From positions 192,001 to 256,000 of the forward strand of contig CAWDGJ010000007.1 of NCBI GenBank assembly GCA_963801815.1: a stretch of 64,000 nt of DNA, given 5' to 3'. The notes under the pieces are model-generated. The model was given only the letters and a program-made list of their open reading frames with translations, ran no database searches and was not told the DNA's origin. Position 1 is the stretch's first letter. Each line of letters begins with the position of its first letter. Source of the DNA: an uncultured Verrucomicrobiae bacterium. GTDB taxonomy: Bacteria > Verrucomicrobiota > Verrucomicrobiia > Chthoniobacterales > UBA10450. Shown piece by piece: positions 1 through 8,966 of this stretch. A program made the position numbers and the translations under genes.

Positions 1-3000
1 GGCTGCCGGAGCTGGTGGTCGTGGCGTTCACCAATCGTGCGGCGGACGAAATGCAGCAGCGCGCTCGGGCCGAAGTTTTGCAAGCTCGTATTTCCCTCGA
101 GGTCCTGGCGGCGTTCAATCGCACGTTCTTCGGAACGATCCACAGCTTCTCCGTCCGGTTGCTCGAGATCTACGGCCATCATCTGGGTTTGCCGCCAACA
201 TTCGAAGTCATCACCGACGATGAAGAAGTTTGGAACCAATTTGTTCAACAACAGACGACGATCGGCCGATCGCTTTCCGAAGGAAATCGACGCGAACTTC
301 TTCGGCACGTCCAGGCGCGCGCCTTAATGGAACTTGGCCGCCGCTCCGATTTGAACGTCGTCGATCCCCCCGAGGAAAAATGTCCCGGCGCCGACTTCAG
401 CTCTATCTACCAATACGTTGCCAAGGGACCAACGCTCCAGACGGTCCCAGCCTATCAAAAAGAACTGACGCAAGCGGAACAGATCTGGCGCGAAACTGAG
501 GACTTCGTTCGTTGGCCGGTTCGCTACTCGGACGCAAAAGACTTCGTCCGCCGCTGGCGCGAAGCGTTCGGGCCGCTGCGGCGTTGGATTAATCGGGCTG
601 CGCTTTGTGTCGCGGCCGAAGTTCAGCGGGATTACCGCGCCTTTCGCGTCGAACGCGGTCTGTTGACCTACGACGATCAGATCGCGCTCGCTCTTCAACT
701 CATTCAGCATCCGGTGATAGGGCGCAAAATCCGGGAAAAATCTTTTCGCGTCATTCTGGATGAGGCCCAGGACACCGACCCGCGACAATTTTTTTTGCTG
801 CTGGAACTGACACGGCCCCCGGAAGCGACCGGCGAATGGCTTGAAACGAAACGCGACCCTCCACGACCCGGCCATTTTTGTATGGTCGGCGATTTTCAAC
901 AATCGATCTACCGCGACCGAGCCGACCTGTCGAAGTACCGGCGCATTCACGATACGCTAGTCGAGACCGGCGCAGCCGAAGCGCTCAAGTTTTCTGTTAC
1001 CTTCCGGCTCGACACCGCGCAGCTAGACTTCGTCAACAAAACGTTTCGCGAAATTCTCAACAGCGAAGAGAATCAGGTCGCGTTCGTGGAATTGAGCCCG
1101 CGTCCGGAGGTTTTGCCCGGACAGGTTCTGCGGTTCGATTTGCAACCGGCGAATTTACGACCCGACCCGCGCGGAAAGGTTTCAGACGGGCGCAAAGCGG
1201 CGGAAGAAGCGCGGCAGCTTGGGGAATGGCTTTGTCAAAACGGTCTCGAGAAATTGCGCGCGCAGACGTGGCGCGACGTCGCCATCCTTTGCCCACGGAG
1301 AGAATGGCTCCAGACTTTACGGCGCGGGCTGCGCGCGGCCGGATTTAACGTCCAAATCCAGTCGGAAAAGGAATGGAAAGGCGATAGCCCTGCCTACGCC
1401 TGGTTAACCGCGCTCTTAATAGTAATGGCGCAACCGCGGTGTAGTTACGAGATCGCCGGCCTGCTCCGCGAACTCTTCGGAATTTCTGATCACGACCTGG
1501 CCGTTTTCTCCCAGGGCTACGGCGACCGTTTCCAAATCGAAACGCTGACCAGCGGCAGCGATATCGTCTCTAAAACATTAAGTCTGCTGGCACAGATCCG
1601 ATTGTTGATCCAAGCATTGCCGTTGTTCGATGCAATCAACGAAATCATCGCACAAACGCAGCTCCGCGAGCGCCTAAACTCCTTGCCTCCGGAAGACTTT
1701 GAAGACTTGGACAGCGAGCTCGATGCACTGATCGCGCTGGCTGGCTCGTCCGAAGCGGAAGGAATGACTTTGACGGAGTTCGCGGAGCTGTTGCGAAATC
1801 ATTTCGCCGATTCCCGCGAGGTCCGGCCGTCTCGATCCGATGCGATTCAGTTGATCACCTCACAGAAAGCAAAAGGCTCAGAGTGGCAGGCGGTAATCGT
1901 TCCGTTCCTGGCACGGAAAGTCTGGCCGGCGTCATTCCGTTATCCGCGCCTGGTGAAAAATCGCGTGAGCGACGAAACGATTGTTCTTCTCGATAAATCC
2001 GACGTGACAGATGAAATCGAGGAGATGCTCGAACGCGAAAACCGTCAGGACATGGAAAGACTGCTTTATGTGGCGTTAACACGCGCACGTCATACGCTTG
2101 TCCTCGCCTTCGACCACGAACTCTTCGCCAAGAGCAAAGACGAAGTTCACAGCCACTCGCAAACCAAATGGTTGAAGGCGCACAAAAACGCGCCGAATGA
2201 AAGCGCCTTTGCCGGGGTCACGACTGAACCGATGCCGTGCGCACTGACCGCGAACCATCATGCTGCAGCTTCGACAGCAAGTTTCGCAAATAGCAACGCG
2301 CCGTTGCCAACTGGAAAAATCGACAAATCCGCCTCGGTCAAGAATGCGTCAGTCTTCGTTCGCAAACTGAATCCGAGCAGTCTCGGTGCCGATGAAATTG
2401 CTGCTGTCGAAGAAGCGCGCGTCATTGATGACGCGCATCGAGGGACGAGATCGGCAAGCCCTGCGCTTCAATACGGGCTTTGGTGGCACGATTTCGTTCA
2501 ACGATCGGAATGGAACAACGGTGCCGACAGTCGAATCAAACTGTTTGAAGACCATCGACTGTTTTCGCCCGATCCAGCCCGCTCGTCGCGTGAGTGGAAG
2601 CTTCTGCTTGAGCACCTAGACGGCACGCAAGACTTCCGGAAACTTCTTCGGAACGAGTCAATCACACACGCCGAAATTCCGTTTCTTTGGCGCTTGGATC
2701 CATCCAGATGCTTGGAAGGCGTGATCGATCTCGCCTTGTTTGATGCAGCCTCGCACAAGTGCCTGATTTTGGATTGGAAGACGGATCGCGTGCCACCGGA
2801 CAGCACCGAAACATTGCACGCTCGTTACCTTCCCCAGCTCGCCGCTTATTGGAAAGCGGTTGGCGAAATGACGACGATGGAAGTGATAGCCGCGATTTAT
2901 TCTACCGCGGCGGGCGCTCTCGTTCGTTACGAAACCGAGGAGCTCGAACGCGAGTGGAAGCGTCTCGAGAAACTTCCGCCCGATGAATTGGACTCGAACA

Positions 3001-3092
3001 TCAAACCGGACGTCGATCGTTCGCCGAGCAGTCCTCAACCGCAAAAACCGCAGGCGAAACCAACGCAATTGGAATTTCCTGACTTGGAATGA
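1..3092 (+). CDS. UvrD/AddA-type ATP-dependent helicase with C-terminal PD-(D/E)XK nuclease, 5' partial
   Basis: Helicase motifs AFTNRAADEM, GTIHSF, ILDEAQD, VGDFQQSIYRDR, KAKGSEW and LLYVALTRAR. The C-terminal GVIDL...ILDWKTD...QLAAY is RecB/AddA-like. Walker A is absent, so the start lies upstream of the window. Confidence 0.9.
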   Translation, partial: LPELVVVAFTNRAADEMQQRARAEVLQARISLEVLAAFNRTFFGTIHSFSVRLLEIYGHHLGLPPTFEVITDDEEVWNQFVQQQTTIGRSLSEGNRRELLRHVQARALMELGRRSDLNVVDPPEEKCPGADFSSIYQYVAKGPTLQTVPAYQKELTQAEQIWRETEDFVRWPVRYSDAKDFVRRWREAFGPLRRWINRAALCVAAEVQRDYRAFRVERGLLTYDDQIALALQLIQHPVIGRKIREKSFRVILDEAQDTDPRQFFLLLELTRPPEATGEWLETKRDPPRPGHFCMVGDFQQSIYRDRADLSKYRRIHDTLVETGAAEALKFSVTFRLDTAQLDFVNKTFREILNSEENQVAFVELSPRPEVLPGQVLRFDLQPANLRPDPRGKVSDGRKAAEEARQLGEWLCQNGLEKLRAQTWRDVAILCPRREWLQTLRRGLRAAGFNVQIQSEKEWKGDSPAYAWLTALLIVMAQPRCSYEIAGLLRELFGISDHDLAVFSQGYGDRFQIETLTSGSDIVSKTLSLLAQIRLLIQALPLFDAINEIIAQTQLRERLNSLPPEDFEDLDSELDALIALAGSSEAEGMTLTEFAELLRNHFADSREVRPSRSDAIQLITSQKAKGSEWQAVIVPFLARKVWPASFRYPRLVKNRVSDETIVLLDKSDVTDEIEEMLERENRQDMERLLYVALTRARHTLVLAFDHELFAKSKDEVHSHSQTKWLKAHKNAPNESAFAGVTTEPMPCALTANHHAAASTASFANSNAPLPTGKIDKSASVKNASVFVRKLNPSSLGADEIAAVEEARVIDDAHRGTRSASPALQYGLWWHDFVQRSEWNNGADSRIKLFEDHRLFSPDPARSSREWKLLLEHLDGTQDFRKLLRNESITHAEIPFLWRLDPSRCLEGVIDLALFDAASHKCLILDWKTDRVPPDSTETLHARYLPQLAAYWKAVGEMTTMEVIAAIYSTAAGALVRYETEELEREWKRLEKLPPDELDSNIKPDVDRSPSSPQPQKPQAKPTQLEFPDLE

Positions 3093-3099
3093 GGAGGAT

Positions 3100-3153
3100 G
3101 GAGGGGCGACTCCGTGTCGCCCTTTTCCGAGACGCGACGGAGCGCGTCCCTCC
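3100..3153. repeat. GGAG-type REP doublet (REPIN-like) between convergent genes
   Basis: GGAG-GGGCGAC-TCCGT-GTCGCCC on + (3100-3122) faces GGAG-GGACGCG-CTCCGT-CGCGTC on - (3131-3153). Each is a tetranucleotide plus palindrome. Confidence 0.7.
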
Positions 3154-3178
3154 AGGAGTCAGGGACTCGACGTCTCTT

Positions 3179-3616
3179 TCATTTCTCCCTGGCAACATCG
3201 ATTTGGAGAAGCGTACCAATCGCAGCCAGGTCCTGACGGATCTCGTCGTGCCGTTTTTGCTCGGTCTCCAGCAACAGGTTCGAAATGCGAATCAGGCGAG
3301 CGGCGGCATCGTGAATCCGCTCTTGCGGAGGAACCAGTCGGAACAACCGCATCAACTCGTGAAAGGGCAAAGCGGTAATCGCAGCCCGCAAGCGCGCGGA
3401 AAGCTGGCGAAGCCTCTGCGAAATCTCGGCCTGCTCGTCTCGTTTCGAACCCGCCGGCGTAGTGACGATCAGGTTCGCGTAATAGATGAGCGTATAGGAA
3501 ACGTCGGCCAAGACCTTCCGGTATTCGACGTACGGCTTGATGATTCCTTCACTCGCGAGCTGCGAAACCAGTAGCACCAAGAAAACGGCAATAAGAGTTA
3601 GGGCCGCGGTGAGCAT
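3179..3616 (-). CDS. hypothetical protein with N-terminal hydrophobic segment (putative gene cassette 3)
   Basis: 145 aa ORF. A GTTAGTT core-like site lies 13 bp upstream of the ATG. Confidence 0.6.
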   Translation of the reverse strand: MLTAALTLIAVFLVLLVSQLASEGIIKPYVEYRKVLADVSYTLIYYANLIVTTPAGSKRDEQAEISQRLRQLSARLRAAITALPFHELMRLFRLVPPQERIHDAAARLIRISNLLLETEQKRHDEIRQDLAAIGTLLQIDVAREK

Positions 3617-3629
3617 GGATTACGTCGCA

Positions 3630-3836
3630 AACTAACGAGAAAGAGATAAGCCACGGCAGGCGATGCCGCGATCTGTTTTTATTTCAACTTTGATAATTGA
3701 AACTCGTTCGTTTCCCACACTCTCTCGCTGCTACCGTGTGCAGCTTTGCCTTCTATGTCGCTCATCCCATTCGCTCCATTCATCCTTCGTCCTTGCCGCG
3801 CAGCGGCTCGCGGTTCGCTCCAGCGCCGGGTTAGTC
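3630..3836 (-). mobile_element. attC-like recombination site (long, probably chimeric)
   Basis: Minus strand: the stop codon is followed directly by GACTAAC-CCGGCGCTGGAGCGAACCGC, and the site ends GCCGTGGCTTATCTCTTTCTC-GTTAGTT just before the next ORF. Confidence 0.7.
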
Positions 3837-4367
3837 TCATTTGGGTTCCATCACCGGCGGCTCCCATGAAGGCAAAGAAAGTTGAGTTGGAAAACCTGGC
3901 AGAATCTGCGCGAGCGTCTCCCTCTCTCCACCCTGCGTTTTATGAAGCCCAGCGCCATCGATGAACCTCCAAGTGCTGCCGCGATCTTCCGATACTGCGA
4001 TGAGGAAGCCTTTCGAGCGCAATGTGCCCTCTGGCACCTGGACTCGCACTATCATCGGAACAATCGCGAACTGCTTGTCACCGACCGTGACTACTTCCTT
4101 GGGCTCAGCTACTTCTGCACCAAGTATCACGCTGCCCTGAGCTTTCATATCTTGCGCGCCACGACGCAGCATCTCAATCATCCTGTCGCGACCGCCCATC
4201 AATTCGACGAGTTTCGGATATGTGAGATCTACGAGGCGGGCGTAGTTTCCGGAAGTGAGTGCGGCGCTGTCCTCTGCGGCGAGTATGCGAAGTCGTTCTG
4301 TCTGCGGATCGGCGTTGGCAAGCTGCGCGCAAGCCGCGAGGGCCATTAGTGTAAACGCAAATCGCAC
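3837..4367 (-). CDS. hypothetical secreted protein (putative gene cassette 2)
   Basis: 176 aa with a signal-peptide-like N-terminus (MRFAFTLMALAACAQLANA). The stop abuts an attC inverse core. Confidence 0.7.
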   Translation of the reverse strand: MRFAFTLMALAACAQLANADPQTERLRILAAEDSAALTSGNYARLVDLTYPKLVELMGGRDRMIEMLRRGAQDMKAQGSVILGAEVAEPKEVVTVGDKQFAIVPMIVRVQVPEGTLRSKGFLIAVSEDRGSTWRFIDGAGLHKTQGGERETLAQILPGFPTQLSLPSWEPPVMEPK

Positions 4368-4374
4368 TAGGAAG

Positions 4375-4471
4375 GCAATCTAGGCGAAGCCGAGCTCTGC
4401 TTTCAATTCATACTTCATAATTTCTACTTTCCGCGCAGCGGTCCGCCGTTCGCTCCATCGCCTGGTTAGAC
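4375..4471 (-). mobile_element. attC-like site, left arm intact, right arm degenerate
   Basis: Minus strand: TAG-GTCTAAC-CAGGCGATGGAGCGAACGGCGGACCGC, then a 7-mer repeat tract. There is no clean terminal GTTRRRY. Confidence 0.6.
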
Positions 4472-4888
4472 CTATTGGTGAACTTCACAAAAATCCTCGA
4501 GTGTCTGCTCGGTAATCTCACGGATACCCGCATCGGATGAACGATGAAGTGAGTCGAGGGTGCGAAGTACTCTGCTCCGTGGCCAGTGCGCCATAATCGT
4601 TAAATATACGGACTCGTTCGCCTCGGTCTGAAATGTGAGTAAGTCCGAGATGATCTCTGGAATCGCGCTCTCAGGCGAATGAGTGCGCGCGAACTCCTCG
4701 CAACGCTTCTTAAGCCGAAGGTTTGGGCCGCACTCATCACGCTTGTTGCACGACCACCAATGCTCGCTCACCGGGCGCCAAAACTCGCCCAACATCGGAC
4801 GCGGCTCCCATGTGCCCCAGAAGTGTGCTTTCTCGCTGCCGGACGCTGCACTGGTGAATGCAAGCAAGAAGATGAGGGCAACGCGCAT
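4472..4888 (-). CDS. hypothetical secreted protein (putative gene cassette 1)
   Basis: 138 aa with a signal peptide. It is bounded by perfectly complementary GTTAGAC (2 bp before the ATG) and GTCTAAC (directly after the stop). Confidence 0.7.
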   Translation of the reverse strand: MRVALIFLLAFTSAASGSEKAHFWGTWEPRPMLGEFWRPVSEHWWSCNKRDECGPNLRLKKRCEEFARTHSPESAIPEIISDLLTFQTEANESVYLTIMAHWPRSRVLRTLDSLHRSSDAGIREITEQTLEDFCEVHQ

Positions 4889-4890
4889 AG

Positions 4891-4926
4891 GTCTAACGAG
4901 AAGTAGACGAAAAATTTTCGTCTAAC
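4891..4926 (-). mobile_element. attI/attG-like site at the head of the cassette array
   Basis: Minus strand GTTAGAC-GAAAATTTTTC-GTCTAC-TTCTC-GTTAGAC: an imperfect L box, 5 bp spacer and R box, plus a second GTTAGAC in a near-perfect palindrome (4904-4924). Confidence 0.45.
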
Positions 4927-4964
4927 ACGACCACGGGAGGAACTTGCACGAAAATCGAGGCGTT

Positions 4965-6068
4965 TTACCGGTCGCGCTCGCCGCGGATGAATTGTTCGAC
5001 GCAGCGGTAAGCTTCGTCATCGCTCATCTGGACGGGCGGATGCTTGGAGAAATAGGCCGAAGGCGAATTGAGCACGCCGCCGATCCCGCGATCGAGCGCC
5101 AGTTTGCAGCAACGGATCGCATCGATAGCGATCCCAGCTGAGTTTGGCGAGTCTTCGACGGAAAGTTTCACGTCAAGCTCCATCGGCACGTCACCGAAGA
5201 GACGGCCTTCAACGCGAATGAACGCAATCTTGTTATCGAGCTGCCACGGAACGTAATCGCTTGGACCGATGTGAATATTTTCGTCGGCCAGGCGTTCGTT
5301 CATGACCGATTGAACAGCCTCGGTCTTGGAAGTTTTCTTCGAGCTCAGACGGGTCCGGCTCAGCATGTTGAGAAAATCGGTGTTGCCGCCGGTGTTGAGC
5401 TGGTAAGTGCGCTCGACTTTGACACCCCGTTTCCGGAAAAGATCGACAATGGTGCGATGAAGAATCGTCGCGCCAAGCTGAGACTTAATATCATCGCCAA
5501 TGATTGGAAGATTTTTATCGGCAAATCGCTTCGCCCAGGCGGGATCGCTGGCAATGAATACCGGAATGTTGTTCACGAAGCCGACGCCGGCTTCGAGCGC
5601 GCAGCTCGCGTAGAACTTCGTCGCTTCTTCGGAGCCGACTGGCAAGTAATTGACCATGATCTCGGCGGCCGAATCCTTGAGTTCCGAAATGATTTGTTCG
5701 CGGGTGGTCTCCTTTTCGAGGGGGAGAAACGTCCGGAGGGGATCGTGCTCAGCCATGTGAGGCGCGTAGCTGTCCATGACCACGCCCATTTTGACGATCG
5801 CGCCGGTGAGCGCCACCTTGTCGCAGAAAACCTGGGTGCAATTGGGGGGTGAAAAGATGGCCTTGCTGACGTCGAGGCCGACCTTGCGGCGGTCGATGTC
5901 GAAGGCGGCCACCACCTCGATGTCCCCTGGACGATACGAGGCGATTTGTTTATGCATCAGCCCGACGGCAGTACCGTTGACGGAAGAGCTGCGGTAGAAA
6001 TTGATCCCCTGGATGAGCGAGCTGGCACAATTGCCCACTCCAACAATGGCGATTCGAATTTTTCTCAT
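4965..6068 (-). CDS. ino1: myo-inositol-1(3)-phosphate synthase
   Basis: IAIVGVGNCASSLIQG, NYLPVGSE, GDDIKSQLGAT, YQLNTGGNTDFLNM, KKTSKT and EDSPNSAG are bacterial-type MIPS motifs. Confidence 0.97.
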   Translation of the reverse strand: MRKIRIAIVGVGNCASSLIQGINFYRSSSVNGTAVGLMHKQIASYRPGDIEVVAAFDIDRRKVGLDVSKAIFSPPNCTQVFCDKVALTGAIVKMGVVMDSYAPHMAEHDPLRTFLPLEKETTREQIISELKDSAAEIMVNYLPVGSEEATKFYASCALEAGVGFVNNIPVFIASDPAWAKRFADKNLPIIGDDIKSQLGATILHRTIVDLFRKRGVKVERTYQLNTGGNTDFLNMLSRTRLSSKKTSKTEAVQSVMNERLADENIHIGPSDYVPWQLDNKIAFIRVEGRLFGDVPMELDVKLSVEDSPNSAGIAIDAIRCCKLALDRGIGGVLNSPSAYFSKHPPVQMSDDEAYRCVEQFIRGERDR

Positions 6069-6231
6069 GGGAAAAAAGAAATCCTATCCGGAGCCCTAGG
6101 CTTCGGGCAAGATACAATGTAGCAGGTTTAACGAGTTTAAAGTGAAAGTAGGCAAATGGTATGTGAGGTCTCGCCCGAGGAGAAACCACTACCAGGATTT
6201 GGGCGTGGAAACTGCCGTAGACAAGGCTAGC

Positions 6232-7653
6232 ATGCAAGCGTTTTTGAGGATGTTCGTTAGGAAACAACATACCGCCCGAGTAATTTTTATTGTCGGGGCC
6301 GTTTATATCGCCGGGTTGTGCGAAATAACGCACGCCGAGCCACCCACTTATACGATCGACCAGGGCGTGGCGCTGGCAGACACGCAAAACCCGGACATTC
6401 TCATCGCCCGAAAAAAATTGGAGGCCGCGCAAGGCGGTTTGATTGAAGCGCGGTCCGGTTACTTACCTTCCGTCGTCACCTCCGGCTTCGCTGACAAACG
6501 TCAGACCCAAACAACCACCGACCTGCGCGAGGAGGATTATGACGCCTCCATTCGTGCTCTTCAGAATGTTTATACCGGCGGCGCGGTTTCGAACCAGGTC
6601 GCAATCGCCAAGCTGATGATCGAAAAACAGCGCTACGAACTGGAGGAAACGCGCAACAAGGTGGCGATGGATGTGCGGACCGCGTTTTACGATGTGCTCT
6701 TGAATCGCGCCAAAGTCCGCGTCCGCGAAAATTCCGTTCGGGTTTTGGACGAGGAATTGAAAACGCAGGATGAGCGATTGAAGGCGGGAATTGTTGGGAC
6801 GTTGAATGTTCGCCGCGCTCAAGTCGCCTTGGCCAACGAAGAACCGGAACTGGCCAACGCCAAAACGGAGCTCGGCAATTCGTATCTTCGGTTAGGCGAA
6901 CTTTTCGGAATCGATTACCGCACCCAATCTGCCCAATACGGTTTCGAAGTCGCAGGGCAATTGCAATACGCCGCGCTTCATCCTGATTTGAACGAATGCC
7001 TCGGTCGTGCGGACGCCAACCGGGCCGAAATCAAGGCGCGACAGATCGACGTCGAGATCGAGGATCGCCAGTATCTGGTCGATCGCAGCGAACTTCGTCC
7101 GCACGTCCAACTTTTTTCCGGCTACGAAGTTTACAGCGAACGCGATCCGAACGTCGGCCCAGAATTCAACCACGGTTATCTTGTTGGTGTAAACGCGACC
7201 TGGCATCTGTTCGACGGTTTCGCCACCAAGGGACGAATGCAGGCTACGCACGCTCGACGCGAAGCGGCGGCCCAGACACTCGAAGCCGCCCGGCGTGCAG
7301 TGGCTTCCGAAGTCCGAAGTGCGTTTCTGGATCTCGAACAGGCCGACAACGTTCTTCAATCAGAGACGAAGAACGTCCAAACCGCAGACGAATCGCTCGA
7401 AATCACAAAATCGAATCTCACCGCCGGACTTGGAACGCAACTCGACATTCTGCAAGCTGCCGCTGACGTCACGCGAACGCGCACGACACGGCTGAGCGCG
7501 ATTTACCTGCACAATGTGGCGCTCGCTCGACTCGCCCGCTCCTGCGGAAGCACACCCGAGGCGCTTGATTTCGCTTCCAATCGTTTGAAAAAACAGAGCG
7601 AGCAACAGGCGGTCGATGTGGCGCAGCCGCCCGCAAAGATCACGAGCCGATGA
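6232..7653 (+). CDS. TolC-family outer membrane efflux protein (copy 1); start uncertain (ORF open from 6142)
   Basis: Two OEP repeats (ARSGYLPSV...YTGG, LRPHV...WHLFDG, GLGTQLDILQA) and an N-terminal hydrophobic signal. Confidence 0.9.
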   Translation: MQAFLRMFVRKQHTARVIFIVGAVYIAGLCEITHAEPPTYTIDQGVALADTQNPDILIARKKLEAAQGGLIEARSGYLPSVVTSGFADKRQTQTTTDLREEDYDASIRALQNVYTGGAVSNQVAIAKLMIEKQRYELEETRNKVAMDVRTAFYDVLLNRAKVRVRENSVRVLDEELKTQDERLKAGIVGTLNVRRAQVALANEEPELANAKTELGNSYLRLGELFGIDYRTQSAQYGFEVAGQLQYAALHPDLNECLGRADANRAEIKARQIDVEIEDRQYLVDRSELRPHVQLFSGYEVYSERDPNVGPEFNHGYLVGVNATWHLFDGFATKGRMQATHARREAAAQTLEAARRAVASEVRSAFLDLEQADNVLQSETKNVQTADESLEITKSNLTAGLGTQLDILQAAADVTRTRTTRLSAIYLHNVALARLARSCGSTPEALDFASNRLKKQSEQQAVDVAQPPAKITSR

Positions 7654-8957
7654 AACGCCGATTCAGCGCCGCGATTTTGTGTTTGTCGATTCTGTCGACC
7701 GGGCGGGCCGTTACCCTCGACGAAGTGATGAAGACAACGCTGGACAACAACCCTGACATCCAGCGCGCGAAACTTAATCTCGAACAAGCGGCTGGCCGTC
7801 GACTCGTCTTTCGGTCAGTGGTTTGGCCGAGCGTTAGAATGAATGTGCCGGCCGGCGTCCAAGGCGGCTATCGCGCCGGAAGCACGACAACGAAAGGTTT
7901 CGGATTTGTGCGTGGTGCATTTACCCAACCGTTGTTCGGCGCGGCGATCCCGCCATCGCTCCGCCGTGGCGACATCGAAGTTTTGATTGCCGAACAACAA
8001 CTGAACCTGGCAGTCGAGCAGCAGTTGCACGCCGCACGGCTCGCTTTTTATTCCGCGCTCTATCATGAGCAACTGCGGTCGCTCCGTGAAAAACAGCGGG
8101 GCCGGCTGGACGAGAATGTTGCCAGTCAAAGCGATCGTTATCAGGCGGGCCTGGTCGATCGAGGCGCATTCACTACCGCGACGGTAGAAGCACGCGGGCT
8201 CGATCCACTGGTCCAAGACGCGCAACGCGGCTACGCCGGTGCGCAATTACAACTCGGCCAGGCCATGGCGTCCAATCTCGACTCGAAAAAACCTCTCCCG
8301 GAACCACAGGGCGAGCTGACATTCGCAACGGTCGACATCGATATTAACAAGGAAGTAAACACCGCGCTCAATCAACGGACTGATATCAAGCTCGCGCGGC
8401 TGCTGGTTCGCGCCGCCAATGAAGACGAGCGAATCATCGCGGCAGGCTTTTATCCATCGGCCTCAGGAAGCATCAGCGCTGATTACATTCCCGTGAGCGG
8501 AATTCACCGTGAAGGCTCAACCAGCCGAAATCAGGACTTTATCGGGTCGGAAATCCGCGAAGGCGCGGCTTACACCTGGCAGGTGATCGACAACGGCAAA
8601 GTCGGCGGCGCAGTCCTCAAGGCGCAGAAAGCGAAAGAAATCAACGAGATCGAATTGAAGAAACTGGAAGCGAACGTCGGCCAACAACTTTCACGCATTC
8701 AAAACCAGCTCGTCGGAATTGCCGAGCGCCACAACGCACTCGTGGCCGGCGCTGACAACGCCGAGCAGGCAGCCATGTCGGTCCAGCAAAATCTCGGCAG
8801 CGGTCTCTCTTCCCAACTTGAGTATCGAGTCGCCCAGAGCAGCTATCTGAAAACGCAATCCGGGTTACTGGAAGCGAGCTACTTGCAAAATGTGGCCCTG
8901 GCCGAATGGGACCGGGCCACCGGACGTTATTTTCAATTTTCGGAAGATATGCGTTAG
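7650..8957 (+). CDS. TolC-family outer membrane efflux protein (copy 2)
   Basis: Signal peptide and OEP repeats (NNPDI, GFYPS, WQVIDNG, GLSSQLEYR). ATGA overlap with the upstream TolC. Confidence 0.88.
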   Translation: MKRRFSAAILCLSILSTGRAVTLDEVMKTTLDNNPDIQRAKLNLEQAAGRRLVFRSVVWPSVRMNVPAGVQGGYRAGSTTTKGFGFVRGAFTQPLFGAAIPPSLRRGDIEVLIAEQQLNLAVEQQLHAARLAFYSALYHEQLRSLREKQRGRLDENVASQSDRYQAGLVDRGAFTTATVEARGLDPLVQDAQRGYAGAQLQLGQAMASNLDSKKPLPEPQGELTFATVDIDINKEVNTALNQRTDIKLARLLVRAANEDERIIAAGFYPSASGSISADYIPVSGIHREGSTSRNQDFIGSEIREGAAYTWQVIDNGKVGGAVLKAQKAKEINEIELKKLEANVGQQLSRIQNQLVGIAERHNALVAGADNAEQAAMSVQQNLGSGLSSQLEYRVAQSSYLKTQSGLLEASYLQNVALAEWDRATGRYFQFSEDMR

Positions 8958-8966
8958 TTCCAATCC

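Noticed and set aside
3089..3574. 161 aa plus-strand ORF overlapping the helicase stop
   Set aside because: It runs through the REP doublet and is antisense to the better supported cassette ORF 3179-3616.
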